Source: Planctomycetota bacterium
Lineage (GTDB): Bacteria; Planctomycetota; UBA11346
Direction of reading: 5' to 3'
DNA length: 64,000 bases
Assembly: GCA_038213805.1 (NCBI GenBank)
Contig: JBBQSO010000010.1
Coordinates: 29,783-93,782, forward strand
A model generated the notes under the pieces. That model did not search any database. It was given only the letters and a program-made list of their open reading frames with translations, and had not been told where the DNA came from. Shown here piece by piece: positions 11,539-20,018 of the stretch. The position numbers were made by a program, and so were the translations under genes. Within the stretch, counting starts at the first letter, position 1. The number at the start of each line of letters is the position of its first letter.

Positions 11539-11903
11539 GGCCGTGGCGGACGGTGGCCTGCCGTCGTGTGTGGCTGCAGCCGCGCGTGCGGATCCGGTGG
11601 CGGGGGGTACTCATGCGCAGCGGGCCCGCGGCGACCTGCGGCAGGGCGGTGTCGGAGTGGAGCTGGGTGTCGGTGAGCACGGCGACTCCTTGTTCCGTGG
11701 CGAGGCAGGCCTTGCTGCGCACATCGTGCATGGTGGAGATGACAGTGGGATGATGTTGGGGATGGGTGGTGGTCAGGTGGCCGTCAGGCAGCACGGAGCG
11801 GTCCGCGGCCTGCGCAGGCCGGATCAGTTGCCTGGACCCGGACCTGACGCGCTGGCGGTGGGACCACGTTGCCCCGGTCGGACGGCCCTGATAGACTGCC
11901 GGA

Positions 11904-13289
11904 ATGCACCAGGCCTTCCTCGTCATCGCGATGCTCAGCCTTTCATGCCTGTGGGACAGCGACACGTTGCGCGACGAGGCACGCCTGCGCCCGGATGTCT
12001 GGGAGGTGATCAGCGGCCAGTTCGCGCGGCATAGCGAGGCCTACTACCGCAGCCGGGTGGCGGCGATCAGCGCGCTGCCCACCCCGGACCGCGTCCAGCG
12101 CAACGACCTCGCGGTGGCGTGCATCCGACTCAAGGACCTGGCCTGGGCGGAGAAGGTCCTGACCGCGCTGCGTGCCGAGGACGCGCAGGAGTACGAGGCG
12201 CTCTCCAACTTCGCGGTGCTGCGCCGCAACCAGGGCCGCTTCGCAGAGGCCGTGCCGCTGTTCGAGCAGGCGCTGAAGCTGCGCCCCGAGGGGCATCTCG
12301 GGCTCGGCGACTGGACACTGCGCGCGGTGCGCTGGCAGGCGCGGGTGGTGGAGGATCCGACCCTTGCTGAGCGCGAGGACTTCCTCGGACGGCCGCGGGC
12401 TGCGGAGGTCGACATGTTCCTGACCGGCAAGGAGGTCACCTCTGTAGCTTGGGACAAGCTGCCGGCAGACACCCAGGAGCATCTGCGCCTGCTCAACCTG
12501 CTACTGCGCAATTACACGGTCTTCGCGGAGGGATTCCTGACTCTCGGAGACGAGCTCGCCGCAGTCGATGACAACAGCCTGGCGATCTACGCCTACGTAC
12601 GTGCCCTCGACCTGCAGCATCCCGCCACAGCGCTGCTGCGGCAGCGCATCCGCGCGGTCGCCACGCGCGTTGGCCGCTGGTCCGGACCACTCCACTCCAT
12701 CGACGACCACGGCATCGAGCGGACGGTTGACGAGATCCTCGCCGGGGCGCGCGGCGAGCTCGCGAAATGCACGCGATGGCAGGACGACTTCACGCGCCTG
12801 GAAGGCGTCCCGGTCGCCGCCGGGAAGCAGCCGTCTTTCGAGGAGACCCTGGCGGCGTGCACGGCCAAGGGCATCACGCCCTACCTGCCGACCACCGACG
12901 TCGATCGCCGAGCCGAGGTCTCGAGCATGTGGGTCGATGGCCTGGACCTGCTCAAGCGCCGGCAGTTCCCCGCCGCCGAGCAGATCCTTGCGAAGGCGTC
13001 CACCCTCGCTGAGAAAACCATGCCGGACTCGGGAGACCGGGCGCGGCTGTTGATCGTCTATGCCGCAAGCCTCTCGCCGCAGGGCGGCGCTGCGCACCTG
13101 CGCATGGCAGCCAAGGCGCTGGAGGAGGCGGAGCGGATCTTCCGCGGCGAGGCCGACCGCGATCGTGCATCGCTGGACATGACCTTGGGAAACCTCGTCC
13201 TGGTCTATGGCGCACTCAAGGACCAGAAACAGGTGGCGGCGGTGACCGCACGACTGCAGGCACTGGTTCAGGAGCCGGCGAAACCGTGA
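11904..13289 (+). CDS. Exported TPR-repeat protein
   Basis: Short signal ending at Cys (LSLSC); TPR-like helices such as ALSNFAVLRRNQGRFAEAVPLFEQALKLRP. Confidence 0.75.
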   Translation: MHQAFLVIAMLSLSCLWDSDTLRDEARLRPDVWEVISGQFARHSEAYYRSRVAAISALPTPDRVQRNDLAVACIRLKDLAWAEKVLTALRAEDAQEYEALSNFAVLRRNQGRFAEAVPLFEQALKLRPEGHLGLGDWTLRAVRWQARVVEDPTLAEREDFLGRPRAAEVDMFLTGKEVTSVAWDKLPADTQEHLRLLNLLLRNYTVFAEGFLTLGDELAAVDDNSLAIYAYVRALDLQHPATALLRQRIRAVATRVGRWSGPLHSIDDHGIERTVDEILAGARGELAKCTRWQDDFTRLEGVPVAAGKQPSFEETLAACTAKGITPYLPTTDVDRRAEVSSMWVDGLDLLKRRQFPAAEQILAKASTLAEKTMPDSGDRARLLIVYAASLSPQGGAAHLRMAAKALEEAERIFRGEADRDRASLDMTLGNLVLVYGALKDQKQVAAVTARLQALVQEPAKP

Positions 13290-13423
13290 CGAAGGGGCTC
13301 CGGGGGCGGGTGGACGGCTCCACCATCGTCCCGCCCCTCGTCTTCCCAGGAATTGGCGGCAATGGATCCGCATCAGACACGTAGGAACTGACCCCGCACT
13401 GGCCAACCACCGAAAGACTCCCC

Positions 13424-14314
13424 ATGCCCCTCCGTCCCCTGCTCTTAGCCGCCCTGCTGTCCACGCCGCTGGCCATGGCGCGCGCCGCCGAACCGGCCGC
13501 CGCCCCCGCCCCCGCCGCCGGCCCGACCTTCACCGCCGGCATCGAATACGCGAATCCTGCCGACCAGCACCTCAAGCTCGACCTGGCGATGCCGGTCGGG
13601 GCCGGGCCGTTCCCGGCGGTGATCTGCATCCACGGCGGTGGCTTCCGCGCCGGTTCGCGCGAGGGCTATGACGGCTTCTGCAAGACCCTGGCCGCGGCCG
13701 GCTATGTCGCCGCGACCATCACCTACCGGCTGGCGCCGGCGCATCCCTTCCCGGCCGCGGTGCAGGATTGCAAGGCGGCGGTGCGTTGGCTACGCGCACA
13801 CGCTTCCGAATACCATGTCGACCCGGCGCGCATCGGTGCCACCGGTGATTCGGCGGGCGGGCACCTCGCGCTGTTCCTCGGCGTCACCGCGGGCATCAAG
13901 CAGTTCGAGGGAGCGGAAAACCTTGACCAGTCCAGCGCGGTGAGCTGCGTTGTCGACCGCTACGGCCCAAGCGACTTCACCCGGGTGTATGGGAAGAGCG
14001 TCGACGCCGCCGAGGTGCTGCCGCTGTTCTTCGGCGGAGATCTCAAAGCCAAACTGCACGAGCACATCGTCGGCAGCCCGCTCAGCTGGATCACGCCCGA
14101 GGCGGCGCCGACTCTGTGCATCCACGGCACCGCCGATCCCTACGTGCCGTTCGAGCAGTCCGTGTGGGCGGTCGAACGCTTCCTGGCCTGCGGTGTCCAG
14201 GCCGAACTGCTGACCATCCCCGGTGGCAAGCACGGCTTCGGCGGCGTCGACGCGGAAAAGGCCCAGCAGGGTGCACTGGCGTTCTTCGCTGCGCACCTGC
14301 ATCCAGGGCAATAA
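13424..14314 (+). CDS. Secreted alpha/beta hydrolase (acetyl/feruloyl esterase-like, HGGG family)
   Basis: IHGGGF, YRLAP, GDSAGGHL nucleophile, HGTADP, C-terminal HGF. Confidence 0.92.
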   Translation: MPLRPLLLAALLSTPLAMARAAEPAAAPAPAAGPTFTAGIEYANPADQHLKLDLAMPVGAGPFPAVICIHGGGFRAGSREGYDGFCKTLAAAGYVAATITYRLAPAHPFPAAVQDCKAAVRWLRAHASEYHVDPARIGATGDSAGGHLALFLGVTAGIKQFEGAENLDQSSAVSCVVDRYGPSDFTRVYGKSVDAAEVLPLFFGGDLKAKLHEHIVGSPLSWITPEAAPTLCIHGTADPYVPFEQSVWAVERFLACGVQAELLTIPGGKHGFGGVDAEKAQQGALAFFAAHLHPGQ

Positions 14315-14369
14315 AGGCGGAGATGCTGCGGCCAACCGGGATGCAGCTGTCACCCGCGGGGGCGGAGCA

Positions 14370-14807
14370 TCACACCGGTGGCGAGAGCGGGACCAGGGTA
14401 ACGCTGACCTGGACACCGAGCGGCAGAGGCGGCAGGCCACCGGCGGGGTGCGGTGCGCAATCCATGCGGCACGCCAGGGCGAGATCCTCCGCCACCATGT
14501 CCTCGGGATCAGGGCTTTCTGCCGGCGGCGTGCGCGCCTTCGCGCGCGCCGTCCAAGTCGCGAGAAGGGCGCAGCCAGCGCCGACGCCGGCGGCGCCCAG
14601 CAGCCAGGCGAGGGGATGGGCGCGGACGTTGTCGGCCACCGCCCGCGCAGCACGCCCAGGCCAGGAGGGCGGTACGGTCGTCTGCTCCTTTTCCCCAGTC
14701 GTTGGTGGCGTGACCTCGCCATGTTCCGCATGGGATGCCTGCCACCGCCTGAAGGCAAGGCGACGCAAATGACGACGGTTGATCGTCTGCGGAGCGGCGA
14801 TGCGCAT
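14370..14807 (-). CDS. Hypothetical protein with one hydrophobic segment
   Basis: GGAGG 8 nt before ATG 14807, sigma54-like promoter upstream; no recognisable family. Confidence 0.45.
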   Translation of the reverse strand: MRIAAPQTINRRHLRRLAFRRWQASHAEHGEVTPPTTGEKEQTTVPPSWPGRAARAVADNVRAHPLAWLLGAAGVGAGCALLATWTARAKARTPPAESPDPEDMVAEDLALACRMDCAPHPAGGLPPLPLGVQVSVTLVPLSPPV

Positions 14808-14974
14808 GCGTGATGCCTCCAGGAAAAACCCTCGGCCGACCGTCGCCACGCTGAGGCACCAAAGCCATAGCAGGGGATGAGCGGAGGCCAAAGGCCGGGA
14901 ATGTCCATTGCTCTGAACGGCCGTTCCGGGTCGACCGGGGCGGTCGGTTTTCCGTTCAGTGGACGAAATAATTT

Positions 14975-14990
14975 AGCACGTCACGTGCCA
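14975..14990 (-). promoter_or_regulatory. Putative sigma54 (-24/-12) promoter
   Basis: Minus strand TGGCACGTGACGTGCT matches TGGCACG-N4-TTGCW with one mismatch. Confidence 0.55.
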
Positions 14991-15130
14991 ATGGGATCGA
15001 CGACACGCGGATTGGTTCTTTGCCGGAATTTCCACCCGCTTTGCGGTCACACTGCCAGTCCTCCGCGCGCGTGGCTTCAGCGCGTCATGCAGGATGCATG
15101 ACCCCGGGCCGAGACGCGGTTGCAGGCGGC

Positions 15131-15925
15131 TCAGGCCAACTCGCCCCGGAGGACGGTGCGCGCCGCCCCCGTCAGCTCGACACGACCATCACCCACGGTG
15201 ACCCCGACCGTGCCGCCGCGTCGCGAACACTGCCGCCCGACCAGTTCCGTGCGGCGCAGGCGGGTGCCCCAGAAGGGGCCGAGGGCGCAGTGCGCCGAAC
15301 CGGTCACGGGATCCTCGGGAATGCCGTATCTCGGCGCGAAGACCCGCGAGACGAAGTGCCAGCGCGCATCGTCGCTGCGCGCGGTGACGATCAGGGCGCG
15401 CAGGTCCAGCGCGGCGATCGCGAGCAGATCGGGGGCCAGGCCGCGCACGGTGGCGGCGTCGTCGACCTCGACCAGCAGGTCGGTCCCGGCGCTGGCGACC
15501 GTCAGCAGGCGCGCACCGAGCGCGGTGTCGAGGTCGTCAGGCGGAGTGGTGGGCCGCACCGGCACCGCCGGGAAATCCATGGCGATCACCGACCCGCGCC
15601 GCGTGCACGCGAGCACGCCGCTGCGCGTGTGGAAGCGCAGCGCGTGCGCCGCGGGAGCCATCGCGGTCTCCCACAGCGCGTGCGCCGAGGCGAGGGTGGC
15701 GTGTCCGCACAGCTCGACCTCGGCGACCGGGGTGAACCAGCGCAGGTCCCATTCACCGTCGCTGCGTGCCCACAGGAAAGCGGTCTCGGCCTGGTTCATC
15801 TCCGCCGCCAGCGCCTGCATCCACTGCGCATCGACCGCACCCTGCGGCACGCACACCGCGGCGGGATTGCCGGTGAAGGGCGCATCGGCGAAGGCATCGA
15901 TGAGCATCAGCATGCGGACGGTCAT
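15131..15925 (-). CDS. PhzF-family isomerase
   Basis: DAFADAPFTGNPAAV, EMNQAETAF, LRWFTPVAEVELCGHATLA, EDPVTGSAH. Confidence 0.93.
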   Translation of the reverse strand: MTVRMLMLIDAFADAPFTGNPAAVCVPQGAVDAQWMQALAAEMNQAETAFLWARSDGEWDLRWFTPVAEVELCGHATLASAHALWETAMAPAAHALRFHTRSGVLACTRRGSVIAMDFPAVPVRPTTPPDDLDTALGARLLTVASAGTDLLVEVDDAATVRGLAPDLLAIAALDLRALIVTARSDDARWHFVSRVFAPRYGIPEDPVTGSAHCALGPFWGTRLRRTELVGRQCSRRGGTVGVTVGDGRVELTGAARTVLRGELA

Positions 15926-16023
15926 AGCCGCGGGGCTGCGACCGCAACCTCACGGCCGGCGAGGGTCAGGCAGGAACCGCAGGCCCCACCCGGGCCCAAC
16001 GCCGCCGTCAGCGGCCGACTGCC

Positions 16024-16968
16024 TCACTGGCTGCCGGCGCCACCCACCTGCATGCGCAGGCCGTAGATGCTGGTCGAGGCGGTGATGAACAGCAGATGGT
16101 GGTCCTTGCCGCCGAAGCAGATGTTGCCGGTCCAGTTCTCGGCGACGTCGATGTGCTCGATCTTCTCGCCTTTGGGGTTGAAGACCGTCACGCCTTTGTT
16201 GGTGAGGTAGACGTTGCCGTGGTCGTCGATGGTCATGCCGTCCGAGCCCATGGCGCAGAACTTGGTCTTGTCTGCGAGCGTGCCGTCGGCGTTGATGGCG
16301 TAGCGCCAGGTGATGCTGGCGCCGATGTCGGCGACGTAGAGGGTCTTGCCGTCCGGCGTGCCGATGAGGCCGTTTGGCCGGTCGAAATCGGTGATCACCG
16401 GCACCAGCTTGGCGCGGTCGGCCGCGAGGAAGTACACGCCCATGAAAGGCTGCTCGCGGTCGCCACGCTTCCAGTAATCGCGCTTGTAGAAGGGGTCGCT
16501 GAAGTACAGGCCGCCATCGGGGCGGACCCACACATCGTTTGGCGCATTGAGCAGCTTGCCGTTGTAGTCCTTGAGCAGCACGGTGACCTTGCCGGCGGGC
16601 GAGATCGACCACAGCTGGTTGTGCTCGTCAGCGCAGGCGATCAGGTCGCCGGCCGCGGTGAAGCACAGGCCGTTGGAACGGTCGCACGGCGACATGAAAA
16701 CCGACAGCTTGCCGTCCACCGACCACTCGTGGATGCGGTCGTTGGGCTGATCGGTGAAGAACACGTTGCCGGCGGCGTCGCTCGCCGGGCCCTCGGTGAA
16801 GATGAAGCCGCTGGCGAGCTTCTCGAGCGTGGCACCGGGCGCGACGATGGTGCTGGCGCTGAAGTCCTGGGCGGCATCGGCGTCGGCGCCGAGCAGCGCG
16901 GCGATGGCGGCGGCAGCGAGGCACAGCGTTCTGCGCGCGGGGCGGGGGAGGGTCGAGGATGCGTGCAT
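16024..16968 (-). CDS. Secreted SMP-30/gluconolactonase family protein
   Basis: FIFTEGP, FFTDQPND, SNGL, LNAPND, PNGL, GSDGMTID; GGAGA RBS. Confidence 0.92.
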   Translation of the reverse strand: MHASSTLPRPARRTLCLAAAAIAALLGADADAAQDFSASTIVAPGATLEKLASGFIFTEGPASDAAGNVFFTDQPNDRIHEWSVDGKLSVFMSPCDRSNGLCFTAAGDLIACADEHNQLWSISPAGKVTVLLKDYNGKLLNAPNDVWVRPDGGLYFSDPFYKRDYWKRGDREQPFMGVYFLAADRAKLVPVITDFDRPNGLIGTPDGKTLYVADIGASITWRYAINADGTLADKTKFCAMGSDGMTIDDHGNVYLTNKGVTVFNPKGEKIEHIDVAENWTGNICFGGKDHHLLFITASTSIYGLRMQVGGAGSQ

Positions 16969-17184
16969 GGGCTCTCCGTAGGCGGGAATGATGGGCGCCG
17001 GGCGGCGCGAAGACAAGCCGTGAACGAGCCTTTGGCGCACTGCGCATGAACCTGTCAGCGGCCAACCAGCGGCGCGGTCCACGGCAGGGAGCAGTTGCAT
17101 GGCAGGGCAGGGCAGGGCAGGTCGCGTCGGTGCGGCCAGCCGAATCGCGGCAACGGCATGACCCACGATCGTGTACCATCCCCC

Positions 17185-18219
17185 ATGCGCACCCTGCTCT
17201 GCCTGCTTGCCTCCGTCCTCGCACTCCCCGCCGTCGAGGTCGTCCCGCTGCACCTCGATGGGCTGCTCCAGCCGCAGGTCGCGGTCGGTGCGGATGGCAC
17301 CGTGCACGTGGTCGGGGTCACTCCCGACGCGGACGGCTCGGATGTGGTCTACCGCCGACGGGCACCGGGTGGCACCTTCGGTGCGGCGCGCACCGTCGAC
17401 GATCAGGCGAAATCGGCGACTTGCATCGGCAGCATCCGCGGCGCGCGCCTGGCGCTCGGCCGCGCGGACAGCGTGCACATCGCCTGGAACGGGCGCGACG
17501 GCAAAGCGGTGTGGTACAGCCGCGACTTCGCACCGCAGCGCAACCTGCTGCCGCCAGGTGACGGCGTCGATGGCGGCGGCGCGATCGCGGCCGATGCCCA
17601 GGGCCATGTGGCGGTGGTCTTCCACCACCAGGCGGGCGCCACGGATGAGGAGGGCCGCCAGGTCGCGGTGGTCGCCAGCGCCGACGATGGCGCGACGCTG
17701 GCGGCGCCGCGCGCCCTGGCCCTGCCGGCCCGCGGGGTATGCGGCTGCTGCTCACTGGCGGCGGGGCTGGATGCCAAGGGCCGCGTCGAGGTGCTGGTGC
17801 GCGACGCGACCGGCGGCGCACGCGACATCTGGTTCGTCTCCGGCGACGGCACCGGCCGCGAGCTGGGACCGTGGCGGATCGCGACCTGCCCGCTGAGCAC
17901 CGCCGCTTACCTGCGCCACGGCAGCGCCACCTACCTGGCCTGGGAGCAGCAGGGCCAGGTGTGGTGGTGCCAGGCCGGCCGCGCCCCCATCTCATGCGGT
18001 CCCGGCAAGCACCCCGCGCTGGCGGTGGACGCCGCCGGCGCGGTGCTGGTGGCCTGGGCGACCGGCACTGGCTGGAACCGCGGCGGCGAAGTGCGCTGGC
18101 AGGCCTACGACCAGCGCGGCACAGCGCTCGGCGCGCCAGGGACCCAGCCCGGGTTGCCGGTCTGGGGGACGCCGGCGGCGTTCGCGGAGGGGCCGGGGAA
18201 ATTCACCGTAATCTATTAG
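17185..18219 (+). CDS. Secreted BNR/sialidase-like propeller protein with CxCC and WxIxxCP motifs
   Basis: Signal peptide, Asp-box-like SADDGAT, CGCCS, WRIATCP. Confidence 0.65.
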   Translation: MRTLLCLLASVLALPAVEVVPLHLDGLLQPQVAVGADGTVHVVGVTPDADGSDVVYRRRAPGGTFGAARTVDDQAKSATCIGSIRGARLALGRADSVHIAWNGRDGKAVWYSRDFAPQRNLLPPGDGVDGGGAIAADAQGHVAVVFHHQAGATDEEGRQVAVVASADDGATLAAPRALALPARGVCGCCSLAAGLDAKGRVEVLVRDATGGARDIWFVSGDGTGRELGPWRIATCPLSTAAYLRHGSATYLAWEQQGQVWWCQAGRAPISCGPGKHPALAVDAAGAVLVAWATGTGWNRGGEVRWQAYDQRGTALGAPGTQPGLPVWGTPAAFAEGPGKFTVIY

Positions 18220-18351
18220 ACGCGGCACCAGACCCGGGTTGCCAGGCCGCCGTTTCGTCCCAGGAGGTGCGGAATTCCCGTCTGCTCTGCGTCCGGCCGG
18301 GGTTAAGGTGGCGTTGTCACGCACCTCCTGCCCAAGCACTGCGAGCCCCCG

Positions 18352-19929
18352 ATGCGCTTCTCGTCCTTTCGTCTGCTCCTCGCCACCGTGCTGTCCGCGG
18401 CCTGTCACGCTGCGAGCGCCGCCGAGGTCGAGGTCCTGCTCACCAAGGTTGACGACGGCGACGCCAAGCACGCCCAGTTCGAAGTCGGCGACCACTGGCG
18501 CTGCGACGTCCACCAGGACGAGGCCTTCGCCTTGCTGCGCCGCGAGATCGTGCCGCTGACGGAGGCGTCGCCAAACCTGCCCATCGCCATCGCCATCGAT
18601 CGCGGCCAGGCCTACCAGACCATGCTCGGCTACGGCGCGGCGATGACCGAGGCGTCGGCCTCCGTGCTGATGCAGCTCAAGACGAAGAATCCGGAATTGT
18701 ACGCCTACACCCTGGGCAAGCTGTTCTCGCCGACCCTGGGCGCTGGTTTCAGCGTGCTGCGCCTGCCCATGGGCGCGTCCGATTATGTTTCAACCAAGAC
18801 TTATTACACCTACTGCGACCAGGAATCGCCGGATCTTGCCGGTTTCAGCATCGCCCAGGACCAGGCGTCGGTGATCCCGGCGCTGCGTGACGCCCTGCTA
18901 CTGAACCCGGAACTGAAGCTCATCGCCACGCCGTGGAGCCCGCCGGCGTGGATGAAGACCAACCGCGCGCTGATCGGGGTCACCGCCGCGGCCAAGGCCA
19001 AGGGCGAGACCTGCAGGCTGCGGCCGGAGTGCACCGCGCTCTACGCCGACTACTTCGTGAAATTCATCCAGGCCTATCAGGCCGCCGGCATCGCTATTTA
19101 CGGCGTCACCCTGCAGAACGAGCCGCAGTTCGACGCCGCCGCATATCCCTGCATGCGCATGGATGAGGACGACCAGATCCGCTTGGTGCGCGCGCTCGGC
19201 CCCAAGCTCGCGGCCAACCACCTGGCCACGCGCATTTTCGTCCACGACCACAACTGGGTGCTGCATGCCAACGACCGCCAGGTGATCGGCGGCGACGCGA
19301 AGTTGCAGCCTGTCGACAGCGTCGCGAAGATCATGGCCGATCCCGAGGCCGCCAAATACATCGCCGGCAGCGCCTGGCACTGCTACACCGGCGGCGCCGG
19401 CGACATGAAGCACGCCTACGACGCGACCCACGCGCGCTTCCCGCAGGGCCAGATTCTGACCACCGAGCTGTCCGGCTGGGGCCGCGACCGCGGCGGCTGG
19501 TGGGGCGACGTCGAGTGGGGCATGCGCAACTGCTGGTTGGGGCCGGAGCAGAACTGGAGCGAGTCGGCGCTGGAGTGGAACCTGGCCCTCGACCACCGCT
19601 TCGGCCCGACCCTGCGCGACAACAGCGCCGCGATGGGCATCGTCACCATCCGCACCGACCATTTCCAAGATGTGAAGTTCGAACGCGAATTCTACGCCAT
19701 GGCGCAGATGTCGAGGGCGGCACGGCCCGGTGCGCGCCGCATCGCCGCCACCATCAGCGCCGGCCCGGGCGCGGGTCTCGATCTGATCGCCTTCGCACTG
19801 CCCGCCGGCGGGACCTCGCTGGTGGTGTTCAACCGGACTGGCGGCGAGGCGGCCTTCCAGGTGGGTGAAGGGGCCAAGGCGTTCGGCTACCACCTGCCGG
19901 GTCACAGCATCGCGACGTTCACCTGGTAA
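18352..19929 (+). CDS. Glycoside hydrolase family 30
   Basis: LRLPMGASDY, ATPWSPPAWMKTN, TLQNEP (acid/base), AWHCY, TE nucleophile, WNLALD. Confidence 0.92.
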   Translation: MRFSSFRLLLATVLSAACHAASAAEVEVLLTKVDDGDAKHAQFEVGDHWRCDVHQDEAFALLRREIVPLTEASPNLPIAIAIDRGQAYQTMLGYGAAMTEASASVLMQLKTKNPELYAYTLGKLFSPTLGAGFSVLRLPMGASDYVSTKTYYTYCDQESPDLAGFSIAQDQASVIPALRDALLLNPELKLIATPWSPPAWMKTNRALIGVTAAAKAKGETCRLRPECTALYADYFVKFIQAYQAAGIAIYGVTLQNEPQFDAAAYPCMRMDEDDQIRLVRALGPKLAANHLATRIFVHDHNWVLHANDRQVIGGDAKLQPVDSVAKIMADPEAAKYIAGSAWHCYTGGAGDMKHAYDATHARFPQGQILTTELSGWGRDRGGWWGDVEWGMRNCWLGPEQNWSESALEWNLALDHRFGPTLRDNSAAMGIVTIRTDHFQDVKFEREFYAMAQMSRAARPGARRIAATISAGPGAGLDLIAFALPAGGTSLVVFNRTGGEAAFQVGEGAKAFGYHLPGHSIATFTW

Positions 19930-20018
19930 GCCTCGGTGAGCGCGGTGCGACTACGCACACCGGCGCTGCGCTCAGCGGGCGCGCGTGAACCACGGTGGCA
20001 GGATGGCCGGCCTCGCGC

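Noticed and set aside
11540..11900. Small gene between the ThuA terminator and the TPR gene
   Set aside because: No frame with convincing start, codon style or motif.
17101..17121. (GGCAG)x4 pentamer run
   Set aside because: Short, expected in GC-rich DNA, no inverted partner seen.
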